From: Camelus ferus | Taxonomy: Eukaryota | Direction of reading: 5' to 3' | Length of the DNA: 64,000 nt | NCBI RefSeq assembly: GCF_009834535.1 | Contig: NC_045697.1 | Location: 62,746,001-62,810,000, forward strand | Shown: one piece after another, positions 37,223 through 49,833 of the stretch | Layout: the number at the start of each line of letters is the position of its first letter | How positions within the stretch are numbered: position 1 is the stretch's first letter | Made by a program: the position numbers and the translations under genes | The notes under the pieces: model-generated | Database searches by the model: none | What the model saw: only the letters and a program-made list of their open reading frames with translations | What the model was told of the DNA's origin: nothing

Positions 37223-39699
37223 CTTAGGTTTTGGGAGTTTTTTCCCCTACTACTCTTGGCATTTTTATAGTGATTCTAAGTAAAAGGAATACTTATGTCA
37301 ATAAGTGACTGATTATTGGATGGATCTGGAGTTCAAAACAGAGATCAAGGCTAGAGAGACAAATTTGGGAGATATGGTATCTATAGAAGTATGGATGCTC
37401 AGTTGAAGAGGGTTTTTTGTTGTTGTTGTTTTGTTTTTTTTAAAAAGGGAGGGGAGAGAGAGCACACATCAGGGCTAGACCAGAGAGTTTCTCACTTTTT
37501 GTTGTATTTTAGTTTGTATACAGAATGGTCATAAATATGATAAAATGTTAATGAAAGGGGTCAGAAGGGAAATAAAAGTTGAATATGAAACAAGATGAAT
37601 ATTTTATTTGCTGAGTTTAATGACTTGATTTCTTTTAGAATTTCATTTGTTCTTTCTATCATCTACATACTTGCTTTATGAACAAATAGGAGGCTTGAAT
37701 TAAGTGAATTATGATTTCTAATATAATGTCTAAAATGACAAGTTCTACTATAATTCTTTTATTGGACCAAAGTCTTTTATTAGACCACTTGTAAATAGAA
37801 ACTGTAAATACTATAATTTTAAAATTTAATGGTTTAAAATTACAAAAACAAACCATTGAATTAATTCAGTGGCCTATTATAATATGCATTTTTTCCTGCT
37901 TATTTCTGTGAATTGTGAGTAGGTTTTAGATGTAAAAAATCTGGTCAATTAAACTCATGCTATCTTAGTCCATTCAGGCTGTTATAGCAAAATGACAGAC
38001 TGGACACCTTATAAACAACAGAAATTTATTTCTCACAGTTCCAGAAGCTGGAAGCCCAGGAGCAGGCTGCCAGCATGGTCAGTGAAGCCCTTTTTCAGGT
38101 TCCTGGCTTCACATTGTATCCCCACATGGGGGGAGAGGAGAGGGGTTCTCTCTAGGGCATCTTTTGTAAGGGTACTAATCCTTTCATGAGCGCACTACCC
38201 AAAGACCCCCTCTCTCAATACTATTATAATGGTTATTTGGATGTCAACATAGGAACTTTTGGGCAAGGGCACAAACATTCAGCCTGTATCATGTGTAGTT
38301 TGCAAAGTTCTTATCAAGACCTAATAACATCCAAAGGGATTATTCTCACATGCTGTAAAATTCTAAAACACATTATTATATTAAAGAGTATTTTTTATGT
38401 CCCTGAGAAATAAATGCATCTACTACATTACTGCCCGTAAAAACACTAAATAAAGTATATTCTGTATCTGAATTTTTTCATTAATAATTTCCTTCTATTT
38501 CTTTGATATTTCTACTCACTAAATTGCTGAACATATAAATACATACTATATTATACATACTGGAATTTAACAAGTGCTTATATAGTGCAGGTCATTAAAT
38601 GACAAATGTTTGTATTTCTACACCTGATATTTATTTAAATATGAAAATATTAATTTAAAATGTATTATTTGGGGGAAACGTTAAGAGTCAGTATCCAAGA
38701 ACAAGTGATTTAAGTGAAGAATTACACATCACAGCATCTATTAGCCTGCCTTTCCAGAGGCTCTGTGGTCTGCACACTGGGAAAGTCTGACACCTACTGG
38801 AATAGAAACAGTTTACAATGTCCGTGAATATGATGAAGTCACAGTGTGGAGAAAGGAAACAGAAAAAAATAAAAAATTTTCAAAAATTAAATTAGGTAAA
38901 ATAAAACAAATTTATGAAAAAAATTGTTTTAAAATAACTTTAAGAATTGCTACTGTTACATGTGTAATGCATGTTATACGTATCTAATTCAATATACCAC
39001 TTGAAACGTGCTATTATTGGCTTTAAAACTTGGAAAATAGATTGGATCCCAAAAGCAAACCCCATGCATATCCTAGGATGGGGACACATTCAGCTCATTC
39101 TCCTAAAATTTTACACTGAGAATATTGTCTGTACACAGTAACTTGTGACTCTGAGGCACTGTACAGCACCTGTCGTCAAAAAACTCAGTGACATTCACCA
39201 TACTGTGCCCACTGTGGAAGGCAAATCAGCAATGCCTGACAAAAACTTTTTATTGCAAAAGTTGATATATAAAAGGGGTTTGTTCTTAAAACCTTAAATA
39301 ACCAGAAGTGTCAGAAGTTCCCCATGATCTGAGCTTTTCATGATTGCCTCTCAAAATTTGTTTCAAATATTTATTTACATGATTCTTCTATAAAACTCAT
39401 ACTTTTATCCAGTTTAAATACTATACACAATTTTGAAAGAGGATGGACTATATAGAGGTATTTACACTAAAATGAAATTAACTACAATTTTTTAATTTGA
39501 AAATAGTCATTTTCTTAATGAGATTAGTATCGAGACAGACTTTTTTTGGAATAATACAAAACTGAATATAAAAATCTAATGCTTTATTTGTATGTGCTTT
39601 ACATGTTAAAATTTTTTGTACTAAATTTAAATCTTTACTTCTAATTTCTATTATTTCTTCTTTCATATTGTGTGTATTTCCTTTGGGCTGCTTTCTCAT
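37223..39699 (-). pseudogene. Four candidate 5' exons of the antisense gene inside MMRN1 intron 1
   Basis: 39699-39541 (from ATG), 39466-39403, 37801-37671 and 37275-37223; GT-AG, phases 0/1/0/2 compatible, no stop in the spliced frame; one donor (gtctgt) is weak. Confidence 0.35.
37961..38290 (-). mobile_element. MLT1A-like MaLR solo LTR
   Basis: tatcttagtccattcaggctg...aaacaacagaaatttatttctcacagttc...cacaaacattcag. Confidence 0.85.
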
Positions 39700-40159
39700 T
39701 CATGACTGGTGAACTACATGTAAATCCTAGTCTCTCTCAAATTACTAATTTCTTTTTAGTTTGGTTTAAAAAAATAAATATTCTTATAAAATAGAGATTA
39801 CATAACATTTGGGGAGGCTTTATGTTTGTAACTGCTTAAGACTATAGAGACATCTTGAATATATTCCTTCTGAGAGCTAAGCTCATTTATTATCATTTAT
39901 ACAGTGATAGTGTTCTTTAATGGTTTTCTGGAAATTATTATTGACCTGATATAAATAAGCAATTATGGTTAAGATAAATTTATCAGGTCATTAAAGAAGC
40001 AAGAAAGGAACCGTCTCTACTTGTGTATGAAGCAAAAAAAAGAAAAACGGAGATATTTAAATACATGTATATGTATGGATATCTATTCCCCTTCACAAAA
40101 AATCCTACTGAACTCTCTGAATTATGTAATCATTATCAGCAGCAGCAAGTGTTTTATAT

Positions 40160-40330
40160 ATGTTATATTAAGTCATTTAATCTCACAACAATCCCGTGAG
40201 GTAGGTAATATTATTGCATTTAGTGTATAGATGAGGAAGCTACATTTAATGAACAAGCTAATGGCTAATAAGTTGTGGAGTCAAGATGTAAAAGCAGGAA
40301 GTCTGGCTCCAGCACCAAGTCAACAACTAT
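40160..40330 (-). mobile_element. MIR SINE
   Basis: tcatttaatctcacaacaatcccgtgaggtagg...tagatgaggaagct. Confidence 0.65.
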
Positions 40331-40819
40331 GTTCCAGGCCTCTCTATTCTGCGAAAATTTTTCTTTATTATTGTTTCGCTTATGCGGGTATCCCCACTCC
40401 TGCTCCTCTCCTTTCGTGTAATTCAACAGTAGGAACAAAAAAAAAAAAAAAAAAAAAGAAAGAAAGAAAAGCTCCAGACACAGAAAGGCACACCCTTCTT
40501 CATATGGCCCTGTGTATGGAGTAACAGAAGAGAATGAAAATCTCGTTCAGTGGGCAACCTGTTGTCCTCAGAAATGACCTTCTAAATCTGACTTAGGGCG
40601 GAGAGAGCATGTATCTGTGATGGCTACGCAGCTGGGAGGAACCCCTCATTTCCCTTCTCTCTTCTCTCTCTCTGTCCCTTTACTGCTCTCCTTTGTCTAT
40701 CTTTTCATTTTGTCCTGCATTTATTTCTTCCTCTTCTTCATCAGCTACCTCTGATTTTGGCAAGAGGCATGCAAAATGATGTAGAGCTTCCCATGGTAAT
40801 TTTCTTCAGAATGAATGGA

Positions 40820-41330
40820 TTTATTTTTATTGTGGTAAAATGGACATAAAAATCATAAAAATGGTAAATTTTGTGTTAAGTGTGTAGTTCTGTGGCATTA
40901 AGTATATTTATGCTGTTTTGCAGCCATCACCAACATTCATTTCCAGAATTTTTTCATCTTCTCAAAATGAAACTCTGTACCCATTAAATGAGAACTCCCT
41001 GTTCCTCCTGCCCTCTCTCCAGGCCCTGGCAACCACAATTCTAATTTCTGTCTCTATGAATTTGACTATGCTAGGTACCTCATATAAGTGGAATTATATA
41101 GTATTTGTCCTTCCATGACTGACTGACTTCATTTAGCATAATGTCTCAAAATTCATTCATCCATATTGTAGCATGTGACAGAATTCTCTTCCTTTTTAAG
41201 GCTGAAGAACATTCCATCATAGGTAGATAAGCAAGTAGGTAGGTAAGTAGACAGACAGAAATCACATTTTGTGTATTTATTCATCTGTCAGTGGACACTT
41301 GGATTGTTTTCACCTTTTGGCTGTTGTTGT
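40820..41330 (-). mobile_element. L1MB-like LINE-1 3' end
   Basis: gaaactctgtacccattaaa...ctgtctctatgaatttgactatgctaggtacctcatataagtggaat. Confidence 0.85.
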
Positions 41331-44300
41331 CTATGGTATTTTACTGATGCTTTTGTACAAGGACAGTGTGCTGGGGAGAACATTTCCTCTGACTGCTGAT
41401 CTCTGAAAGCTGTTCTCTTCTTACAAACCCAGAACACTTGTTTATCCTCAAGGACTTAGTAATTGAACTACTGAACCAAATGAGACTTTATTTGAATGTT
41501 TTTCTCTCCAATTATTGACATCAACAAAATTAGGTTTGTTAGGATATAATCTTGCCTTTAGAAAATTATTTCCTCTTATAACAAATTACTTTTTACTAAT
41601 TTATTTTTTAAAAAAGATACAGATAATAACTGGTCACATATGTTGGGCTGGTTATAGACTTGAGAAAGAAAACAGCAGGTTAGATTTACAAAAGTTATTG
41701 TCATTAAAATACATGACTACCTTTGATATATTTAGAATACATTTATCCCAGTTATCGTCATTGAATTTGGTAGGGATTTGACTGCTATGCAATTGAAGGG
41801 GTTAGTGTGCGATGATGTACTATCCTGTAATTTGATAATTTTACTGTTAGTAATGTCAAACTTAGCTCAGATAGGTTTCTGTTGGGATATATTTCCATGC
41901 AACAGTAGACTTATAATTAAAACAATAGTGGTCCTCATAAGATAAATTAGTGACAACATGAATGAATCATTCTCCTTTAAAAGATTAATTAACATTTTTC
42001 TGTCTAATAAAATCCCACAGAGAAACTTAGTCCTTTCCCTCAGGCATTTATGAATTGACACACACACACACACATATATATTGTTGTCATTTGTAATTTG
42101 TAGTCACCTTTAGGTACAAGGTAAAGAAATGATTATTTGAGTTCGTACATTTTCTTAAATGGGGGAGGCACACGTGGATGTTAGGGAACTGTGGGAATTT
42201 GAAGGGAGAGTCACCAGATAATCCTTTCACAAGTAGCCTTGCCTACCTTGTTTCGTACCATTTTCCTTTTGCTCCTCACTGAAACCCTAAGTTCATCTCA
42301 ATAAGGGCATGACAGGAAACAAAGTCATAGAGGTCCCTAAAAACATAATCTCCCCAAGCACCTAATCTTCAACATCCGAGAGAAAATTACATACCAGTAG
42401 CTAATTCATGGTGGCAAATCTGCTAGTTTACCTTGATTTCTAGCGGATATTCTCAAGACTTGGTATTTTCATGCTCTTGTGTCAATTCAAGTCACAGGTT
42501 ATCAATATAAATTCAATCTTCTATGAAGAAAATGACAAGCAATTTATTAATCTGAGTTCTAAAGACTAGTATAAATAAATAATGCTAATTCTTAGATTGC
42601 TGTCTTATTTCCTAAGGAAAATATTTGTCATGGTCATGATTTAATTGAATCCTTTGTTGCTTCAATCCACTCTCAATTCAGGATAAAAATGGATATAATT
42701 TTTGGTCAGGGTACACTTCAAATGGCAAATGACCAATTAATGGAATTTCTGTTATTATTTAGTGTTTTCATTGGATTCCTAGAAGACTGGATTTCTAAAA
42801 TGTTTCAATCAAAAGTACAGTAGATTGTTTACAATGCTTCTCTAAGTTCATTATCCACAAGTCTTCAAGTTGTGTAAGTCAAAATAGAATCCTTTTCTAC
42901 CTCTTATTCTGTAAGTTCTGCAAGTAAGGCTCGTGTTCATAAATAACCAAAGACGTCTGCTTTTTCCTAGAACAAACTTTTACCTATTAACTTGGAAAAT
43001 CCCAAGAATCAATACAAGCTTTTTTCAGTACACGTTACTGCACAAAAGCAACAGTGTTATTACCCTGAAAGAGAATCCCAAATGCAGCCTGCTGTTTGGA
43101 GGGTTAGGACCCCACGGAAAGCTAGACACTTCAAAGAAACTGCTCTCTGTCTGCTGTAATCAGTCTGGAAAGGTACAAAGGATTTCTAGATTTAAGCAAA
43201 ATGCTTGTCTGGGATCATCACATTTGCTTTTATACTGCCTGTCACCAGTTCATCATGCTGAGTTTTCTGTTTTTAAACTTATATTTTCAGATTATTTGGC
43301 TTTAAAATTGTATTTACATTTTTAACATCCCTTAATGAGCTTATTTCATCGAGAGCATAAACCTAATTATGAGTCACACCAGGAGCTCTTTGACTGTGGA
43401 CAGTTCTTCCAATTTACACTGGATCAAAGATGGCTGGGACACCAGCAATCTGCTGACCTGCATTTTTGCCTCTCAACTATTTCCGTCATGTGATGGTTTT
43501 ACTATTTAGGATTTTAAACAACCTCTGCAGGTGAACTGTGATCTATTCTCACAAACAGTATTTGTCTATCCATCATCTTTTTTTTTTTTTTTCCCAAAAC
43601 CCAGGATACATAGGGACAGTGGTACTTTCCTTCTTCCTGCCTCATATCCACCCTCCATAGTCATTCCACCAATGCTCACGTGACAGACAATTTGTTGGCA
43701 CTTCTGCTGAAGTTACTCATTCACTGTAATAGGATAATCAGTGGATTTGCATGAATTAATTTTTTTAATATCCCTTTATTTTGGTCCTCTCAACTTTAAT
43801 TCTTTTATTTTTTGTTTTTATCAGTTCTTTGTTCCACATTATTTTTGCAAGTATCACCATGCTTGAATAAAATGTGCCAGTGTCTTTTTATGTCTTTATG
43901 GAACTGAATTTTCCGATTTCTCATTCAAAAGAACTTTGCACAATAAGCCCAATGTATCTGCCCTAGACAGATGAAATCACTGAGTCAACTTTGTTTGTCA
44001 AAGACCATTTGATCCTAAGAAGCTTAAATATTCCAAAGAAAATGTTTACTAACTTCATTGGCTCTACTCTGGGGGAAAATGTGTGCCCTCTTTGGTCTTT
44101 AATATTTAGGATGATTTCTGCATTGTTTTAATTATAATCAAAATAATTATTATTTTAAGCAGCATAGATTTCTACATCCATACTGATTTAGAGGCATTCA
44201 TTTCATACTGATTTGAATTTGCAGTGATTTGATTTTACAGTTATATAACATTTCCTTTAATATTAAATTTTGTAAATCATTCTTGCCCCACCCCCAATAA

Positions 44301-45179
44301 AAAACCTCAATCACAAATGAGAGGGAAGAATATAAATTAAATGTAACAAAATACATATTCACAATAGGGAAAATAATAGAAATAGAAAAGTAAGGAGAAA
44401 AAAAATCATATATAATCCAATCATTCAGTTAACCTACAGTTACTAAGAACTTTCTATAGTTTGGTATGAGATCTTTTGGTATTGCAATCAAAAATGAGGC
44501 TGATCTTCTTCTTTTCCTAAATAGTACCTATCCATTCTAATGTCTACTTTCACAAATTAGAGATGTAATTTATTACACATACTCCAAGCACATAAAAACA
44601 TTTTCCAGATTTCCAGCTCTAGCAACTAGGTTTCACCCATTAGAGTCAGATAATTTTCTTTCTTATATGATTTGTGTAATAACTTATTTTTATGCATTTG
44701 CACATAATTAATATTTTCTGTCTTCACTTACTTCATAGTAACATTTAATTCTCTCTCCATTCCCTACAACTCCATTCGCAGCATTAATGTTTATTTTCAA
44801 TGTAAGATTTCTTGAGATATGGAATATCTTTAAATATCTTTATCATTTTGGATGGTTTCTACCAGGATGCCATCCAAACATAAGTACTTTAATAAAGGCT
44901 ATATTAGTCTGATCATGACTTTTTTTTTTGTGGCAAATGACTTACTTTGATGGTGTTAAAATTTCTCAGCTTCACTGGAACACAGTCAATTCATATTCCT
45001 GTACTATCTTACATGTGGAGGAGACTAAGCATACATGGGTGGATATAAACAAAGTTTTTTAGAAACTGCCTCAAGAAAAGTCATCGATCAATATGCTCTA
45101 ATTGAGAAGACATGGGGATCAGAAAAAACTATGTACTGATACAACAAGTGTGTACTAGCAAGTAAACTACAGTCAGCAC

Positions 45180-48100
45180 TACTCGCAGGGATTCCCCCTT
45201 CACTCAGCAGGACCTCTGGAGACTCCAGAGGACGGGTCGAGATCATCAGTAGGTGCTGACTCAGGCAAGATGAGCTTTTTCTGAGGGTTTTCCCTTTGAA
45301 CCACAATTTTATGTCTCTCCTTATTCTGACATAAAATTCTTATTCTGACATAAAAACCCAGTTTGGTTTTGCTGCAAAGAAGTGTACAAAATAACAGGAA
45401 AACCAGTCGAGGTCAAACATTGTCAGCCCACTACTTGTACCTGCCTACTCTTGGTCTGAGGAAAGTTGAGAACCATTGCACGAGGCAACACGGATGGTAG
45501 GACAGCCCTGAGTTTTCAGTCTGAGGGTCTATTCTCTTAAGAAAAACAAACACTTAGTCAAGTCTGAGCCCTGTGCTCAGCTGACTGCATTTCCTTCATA
45601 GTAGTGCTCAACATAGTTTACTTCTTGGCCAGCAAAAACACAGAAAAGCCTGGAAAAACTGCTGTTCCCAGCCTTCACGGACTGGGCCCAACATCAGCCA
45701 ATAGTTTTACCAGAAACTCCAGGTCTGTGTGATGCAGCAGTGTTGGCTGCACCTGGAAGACCCACCAGTTCAGGGGAGCTGAAGGAAAGCACTAATCTGG
45801 GGCTCAGAGCACACTTTGTTCCTTCGTAGAAGTACCTGGGTACACGAGGGGCTTGCCCCCTCAGCTACTCTCCCCCTTACTGCTGGCTTTGAGAGGTTAG
45901 CCAGCTGCTCTGACAATGGAGGTTGAGAGAGAGAGATCCCCAAGTCAAAGGCTTGGTCACTACCCCAGGTTTCAAACCCAAGATCTGAGAACAGTCTGTG
46001 GACACCAATCTCTAGCAAATAGCATTCCCTCACTCTCCTCAAAAAAACAGAGAGAAATCAAACAGCCTCCAGAGGCGTGAGACAGAAAGCAAGACCCTTA
46101 GGATTTAAGGACCAGTTCCATCTCCTAGTTATGGTTTCTGGAAAGAAGAAGCCAGTGCAGTAGTGACTGTCTACCACTTGGCTCTGAGAGTTCCTGGAGA
46201 AGCCACTGAGGAGAATGAACAGTCTCAAAGATAACCAGCTGGGATTTGAGGGTTCACTTAGGGCACACCAAAAAGCTTTACATTAGAGGCAATCGTCAGG
46301 CCTATAGACCAAATGCACACTACCCAGATGCCCAGGAATCTGTCCAAGCAGCTCCAAGACTGTAACCAGTTTGGTCAGAGGATCCTAATAGTTTTCCCTG
46401 ATGTGCTGAAGGTGGGCTTGACTGTTGCAGAGGGGCCTTGGAATGTCCAGGCTGTGTCTCACTCGCCACCTTGAGAAACTTACCCCAATAAGGAGGTGGG
46501 TGGAAGAGGCGACTGTATCACCCTGAAGAAAGTGAAGTGAGGAGGCTGCCTTAGATGCAGTCAAAGCTGACTTTGAGAGAGGAGACAGGCTGAAATAACC
46601 AAGCCCTCACTTCTTTCTGAGCATGTGGGAGTTTAATCCGGTCAATGACCAAAACATTTTATCTCCCCAGCAGAAATCACAAATAAGCTAATCTAGAAAT
46701 CTGGGCAATTTCCAGGTCAAATAGGTTCAGTCCGAGGCCTCCATATAGCCCACAGTATTTAGCACAACCATCGATGTTTGCTCCTCCTGGCAGACTTTTC
46801 CCTTTTAACAGATATATAAAGCTTAAAAGCAGTTTAACGTTAATGGTGGGCTCATACAGAAGAATGTTAAAATTCTCAGTGAGGAAAAACCAAAATGTGT
46901 CCAATTGTATAAAGGACTCTTTCCTTGCATAAAACAGGGATCTGATGATTTCCTCCCATTTCTCCTCTCTTTAGCAGAACAAGTCTAACTGTAAAATAAT
47001 GTAACTGAAAGACTCATTCTCGGGCCATCCTTCCCCAAACTCTAGTTGATATTGGGGCCAGGCAGTGTGAACAAAAGGAAATAATTTTCTTTTTCATAAC
47101 TCCAGTACACCATATACAGTAGTTATATAGAACACCAAGAACATAATAATATACTAATGTCTAGAGAATAAAAGCACAATAAACCATATTGTTATCAGAA
47201 AGGACAGGTACTAACAGAACAAAGCACAAACTTCCTGATAGAGTTCTAAATCCAGATGATTCTTAAGTGTTATCTACATTAGACACATTATCTCCATTTT
47301 CAAGATCCTTCAGCTTCCTCAGGCCAATCTCTGGATGTATTTAACATGTAAGAGCTGTTTTCAGCAACTCCACTAAAATTTTTTTTAGCAAGTTTTGTTT
47401 GGGTTTGGAAGAGGTTTTGCTTTGTTTTACAGTTGACTAAATGGAGGCCAAATTTGACTAGTGTATTTATTTAAACTGCAAGTAATGGTATAAAATTTCT
47501 GTTTGCCCTGATAACTGCCTAAACAATCTCAACCTTCCTTAAATACCTGTTTGTCTAATAACGTCACCCTCACCTGTTTTGTTTCTCTTTAATCTCTGCC
47601 TTTTATTAAATCACTCTAAGGCTTTTTAATCCATGCTGGTCACCCATCTGGAAATACGGTGATTTCTCTTAGCTCCCATTTCACTAATTTTACTCCTTAA
47701 ATTTCCTGTTTATTTTTAACATGCTTATTCTCTACCTTAGACTCACTGGTGTGATCACATTTTTCTTCCTTTATTTCCCTTCCTATTAAATTAGCAAATA
47801 TACTGTTAACATTCCCCATTTGGGGAAAGTTTTTTCTCTCGAGGTGACTTAGAGCAAAATGACACCAAGGAGATGTCCTAGGTTGAAATTCCTCTAACTC
47901 AGCCACAGTCTTCGGGGGTAGAGTTTCCCTGCCTTACACTTTCTCATTTCACCTTTACCTTCTCGCCCAACAAGGTAATCAGGGCTAGTTCCACTAAGAA
48001 TACACACCTGTATCAATACCGCCAGGCAATCATATTAGGCACAGCTGTGAACCCCCCTCCAAACAACCATAAGGCAATTTATAGTCAAGGAACAATATCT

Positions 48101-48564
48101 TCTATCTCTTGAATCAGAGGACCCTCATTAATATCAGGTTTAATCAAGTTTTGAAACAGTTATCCAAGAGCCAACTCCTATTAATCAATCCTAACAAAGT
48201 AGGCAGACAAACCCGAACCAAGAAATCCAAAGTCCTGGGAGTCTAACCAAGGGTTTGAGACTCAAACCCAATTCCTTGAGTACCTCAGCAGTTGTAACTT
48301 TTATATCATCTCCCTTGGGCTCTAACCCAGTGAAAATTTCCCCTTGTTGGGCCTCTAATCCAGAGTCCTGACAAGATTATTAGACAATTTAGCACAGGCA
48401 CATTTTAACAAGGTACTCACCCCAAAGACATCTGATCCAGGACCGCAGCAGTGGGGACAGCCAACTCTCCAGACAAATTCCGTTTAGGTGATCACTAAGG
48501 TTTGGTGGCAAGTGCCTTTAGCAAGCAATCACAAGACCCCAGTCCCTTTCTGGTCCCCCAAAAC
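45180..48564 (-). mobile_element. Truncated, degenerate ERV1-like internal region with primer-binding site
   Basis: GC-richer block adjoining the LTR; degenerate tRNA-Arg-like PBS at 48560-48542 (TGGGGGACCAGAAAGGGAC); MGN-start gag-like peptide near 47820; no second LTR seen. Confidence 0.7.
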
Positions 48565-49041
48565 CGTTACTGAACAAGGGCTCATGACCCAGTGTGCGCA
48601 GAAGATGCTGGCACCAGCTTTTGAGAAAATAAAGAGTTCTATTCCAAGTTCAACTGACAAGGAGGCAAGAGACAAGGCTCTCAAATCTGTCTCCTCAATC
48701 CAGGTCTCAGGGCAAAATTTAGGGGATTAGGGAAATTTCAAACTTGGAAGTTGATTGGCTAGTCTTGAATTAGTCCATATAAGCTACTCATGCTGCAGGT
48801 AGCCAGATTTTCCTTGTTAAGGGCTTCTTGCTTTGTAAAGGGCTCTGGTGGCAACATTTTTATTCTTCGAGTTCCACAGACTGAAGATTCTGGGTTCTGG
48901 CATTATCCTGGAGACATGGTCCTTGTCTTGCATACACGCCCAGTGCCGTCTCTGAAAAATAACTCCAGGTTTGATTAATCAACAACCTATTTAAGGAGGC
49001 AGAACCTGTTTAAGCTGGTCAATGTTTTAGGTGCTGTTTCA
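48565..49041 (-). mobile_element. ERV 5' LTR
   Basis: Begins TGAAACAG on the - strand, CCAAT box near 48755, ends just before the PBS. Confidence 0.75.
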
Positions 49042-49713
49042 GATTTAACAAGAGAAATGTTATTTTTGCTATTGGAAATAGTATCTTTTTGAATTTGCTA
49101 TTAGTACATCAAACTCTAACCGATCTTAACCATATGGCTAAACTTTTTTATTCATTGTAAAAAGTTTTATATTGATCTTAACCAAATTGCTGGACTCTCT
49201 TATTCATTTTAATCACTCACATCTAGACTATTTTATATTTTTGTTATTCACAATCATATCACCTGCTGGTAATAAAAGTTACTTTTTCCTCTTTTTTTGA
49301 TCCTTACAATATTGATTTATTTATTTAATTTATTAACTTTCATCTTACTGCACACTGTTCAAAAGAAGTAATGGATCTAGGTCTGAGTCTCTAATCTCAG
49401 TCTAATATTTTTATTTGCCATAAGGGCAATCTTGGATTTTGACTTAGCATTATAGCTAAACAATACAGATTCTGGTTTTAGCACTGATTTATTCTTAATT
49501 TACTTTGATCTTATATTGTTTCTTTATAATGTACAGTAATATAGTAACAAGTATATTTTCTCTCATTTCTAGATATTTTAAAGCTAGATATCAATTTTTC
49601 AAGTTATCTGCTATATAGTTCTGGCAGTAGATACAGGTCTATGAAAATAATTTTGATGAAAATAATTCTTTTTGGCAATGATTTTTTTCCTAATGAAATG
49701 ATCTCTTCCTCAG

Positions 49714-49833
49714 GAACTGGTGCGCTTATGTACATACCAGATTATCTCCCACAGTGATACTGGACAACCACGTCACTTATGTCCCAAGTGGGAGAGGGCC
49801 CTGTGGCTGGAACAGTGGATCCTGTCCTCAGAG
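49714..49833 (+). CDS. MMRN1: Multimerin-1 coding exon 2 (EMI domain, N-terminal part)
   Basis: cag|G AAC TGG TGC...; NWCAYVHTRLSPTVILDNHVTYVPSGRGPCGWNSGSCPQ; donor AG|gtatgt; 120 nt, phase 2-2. Confidence 0.97.
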
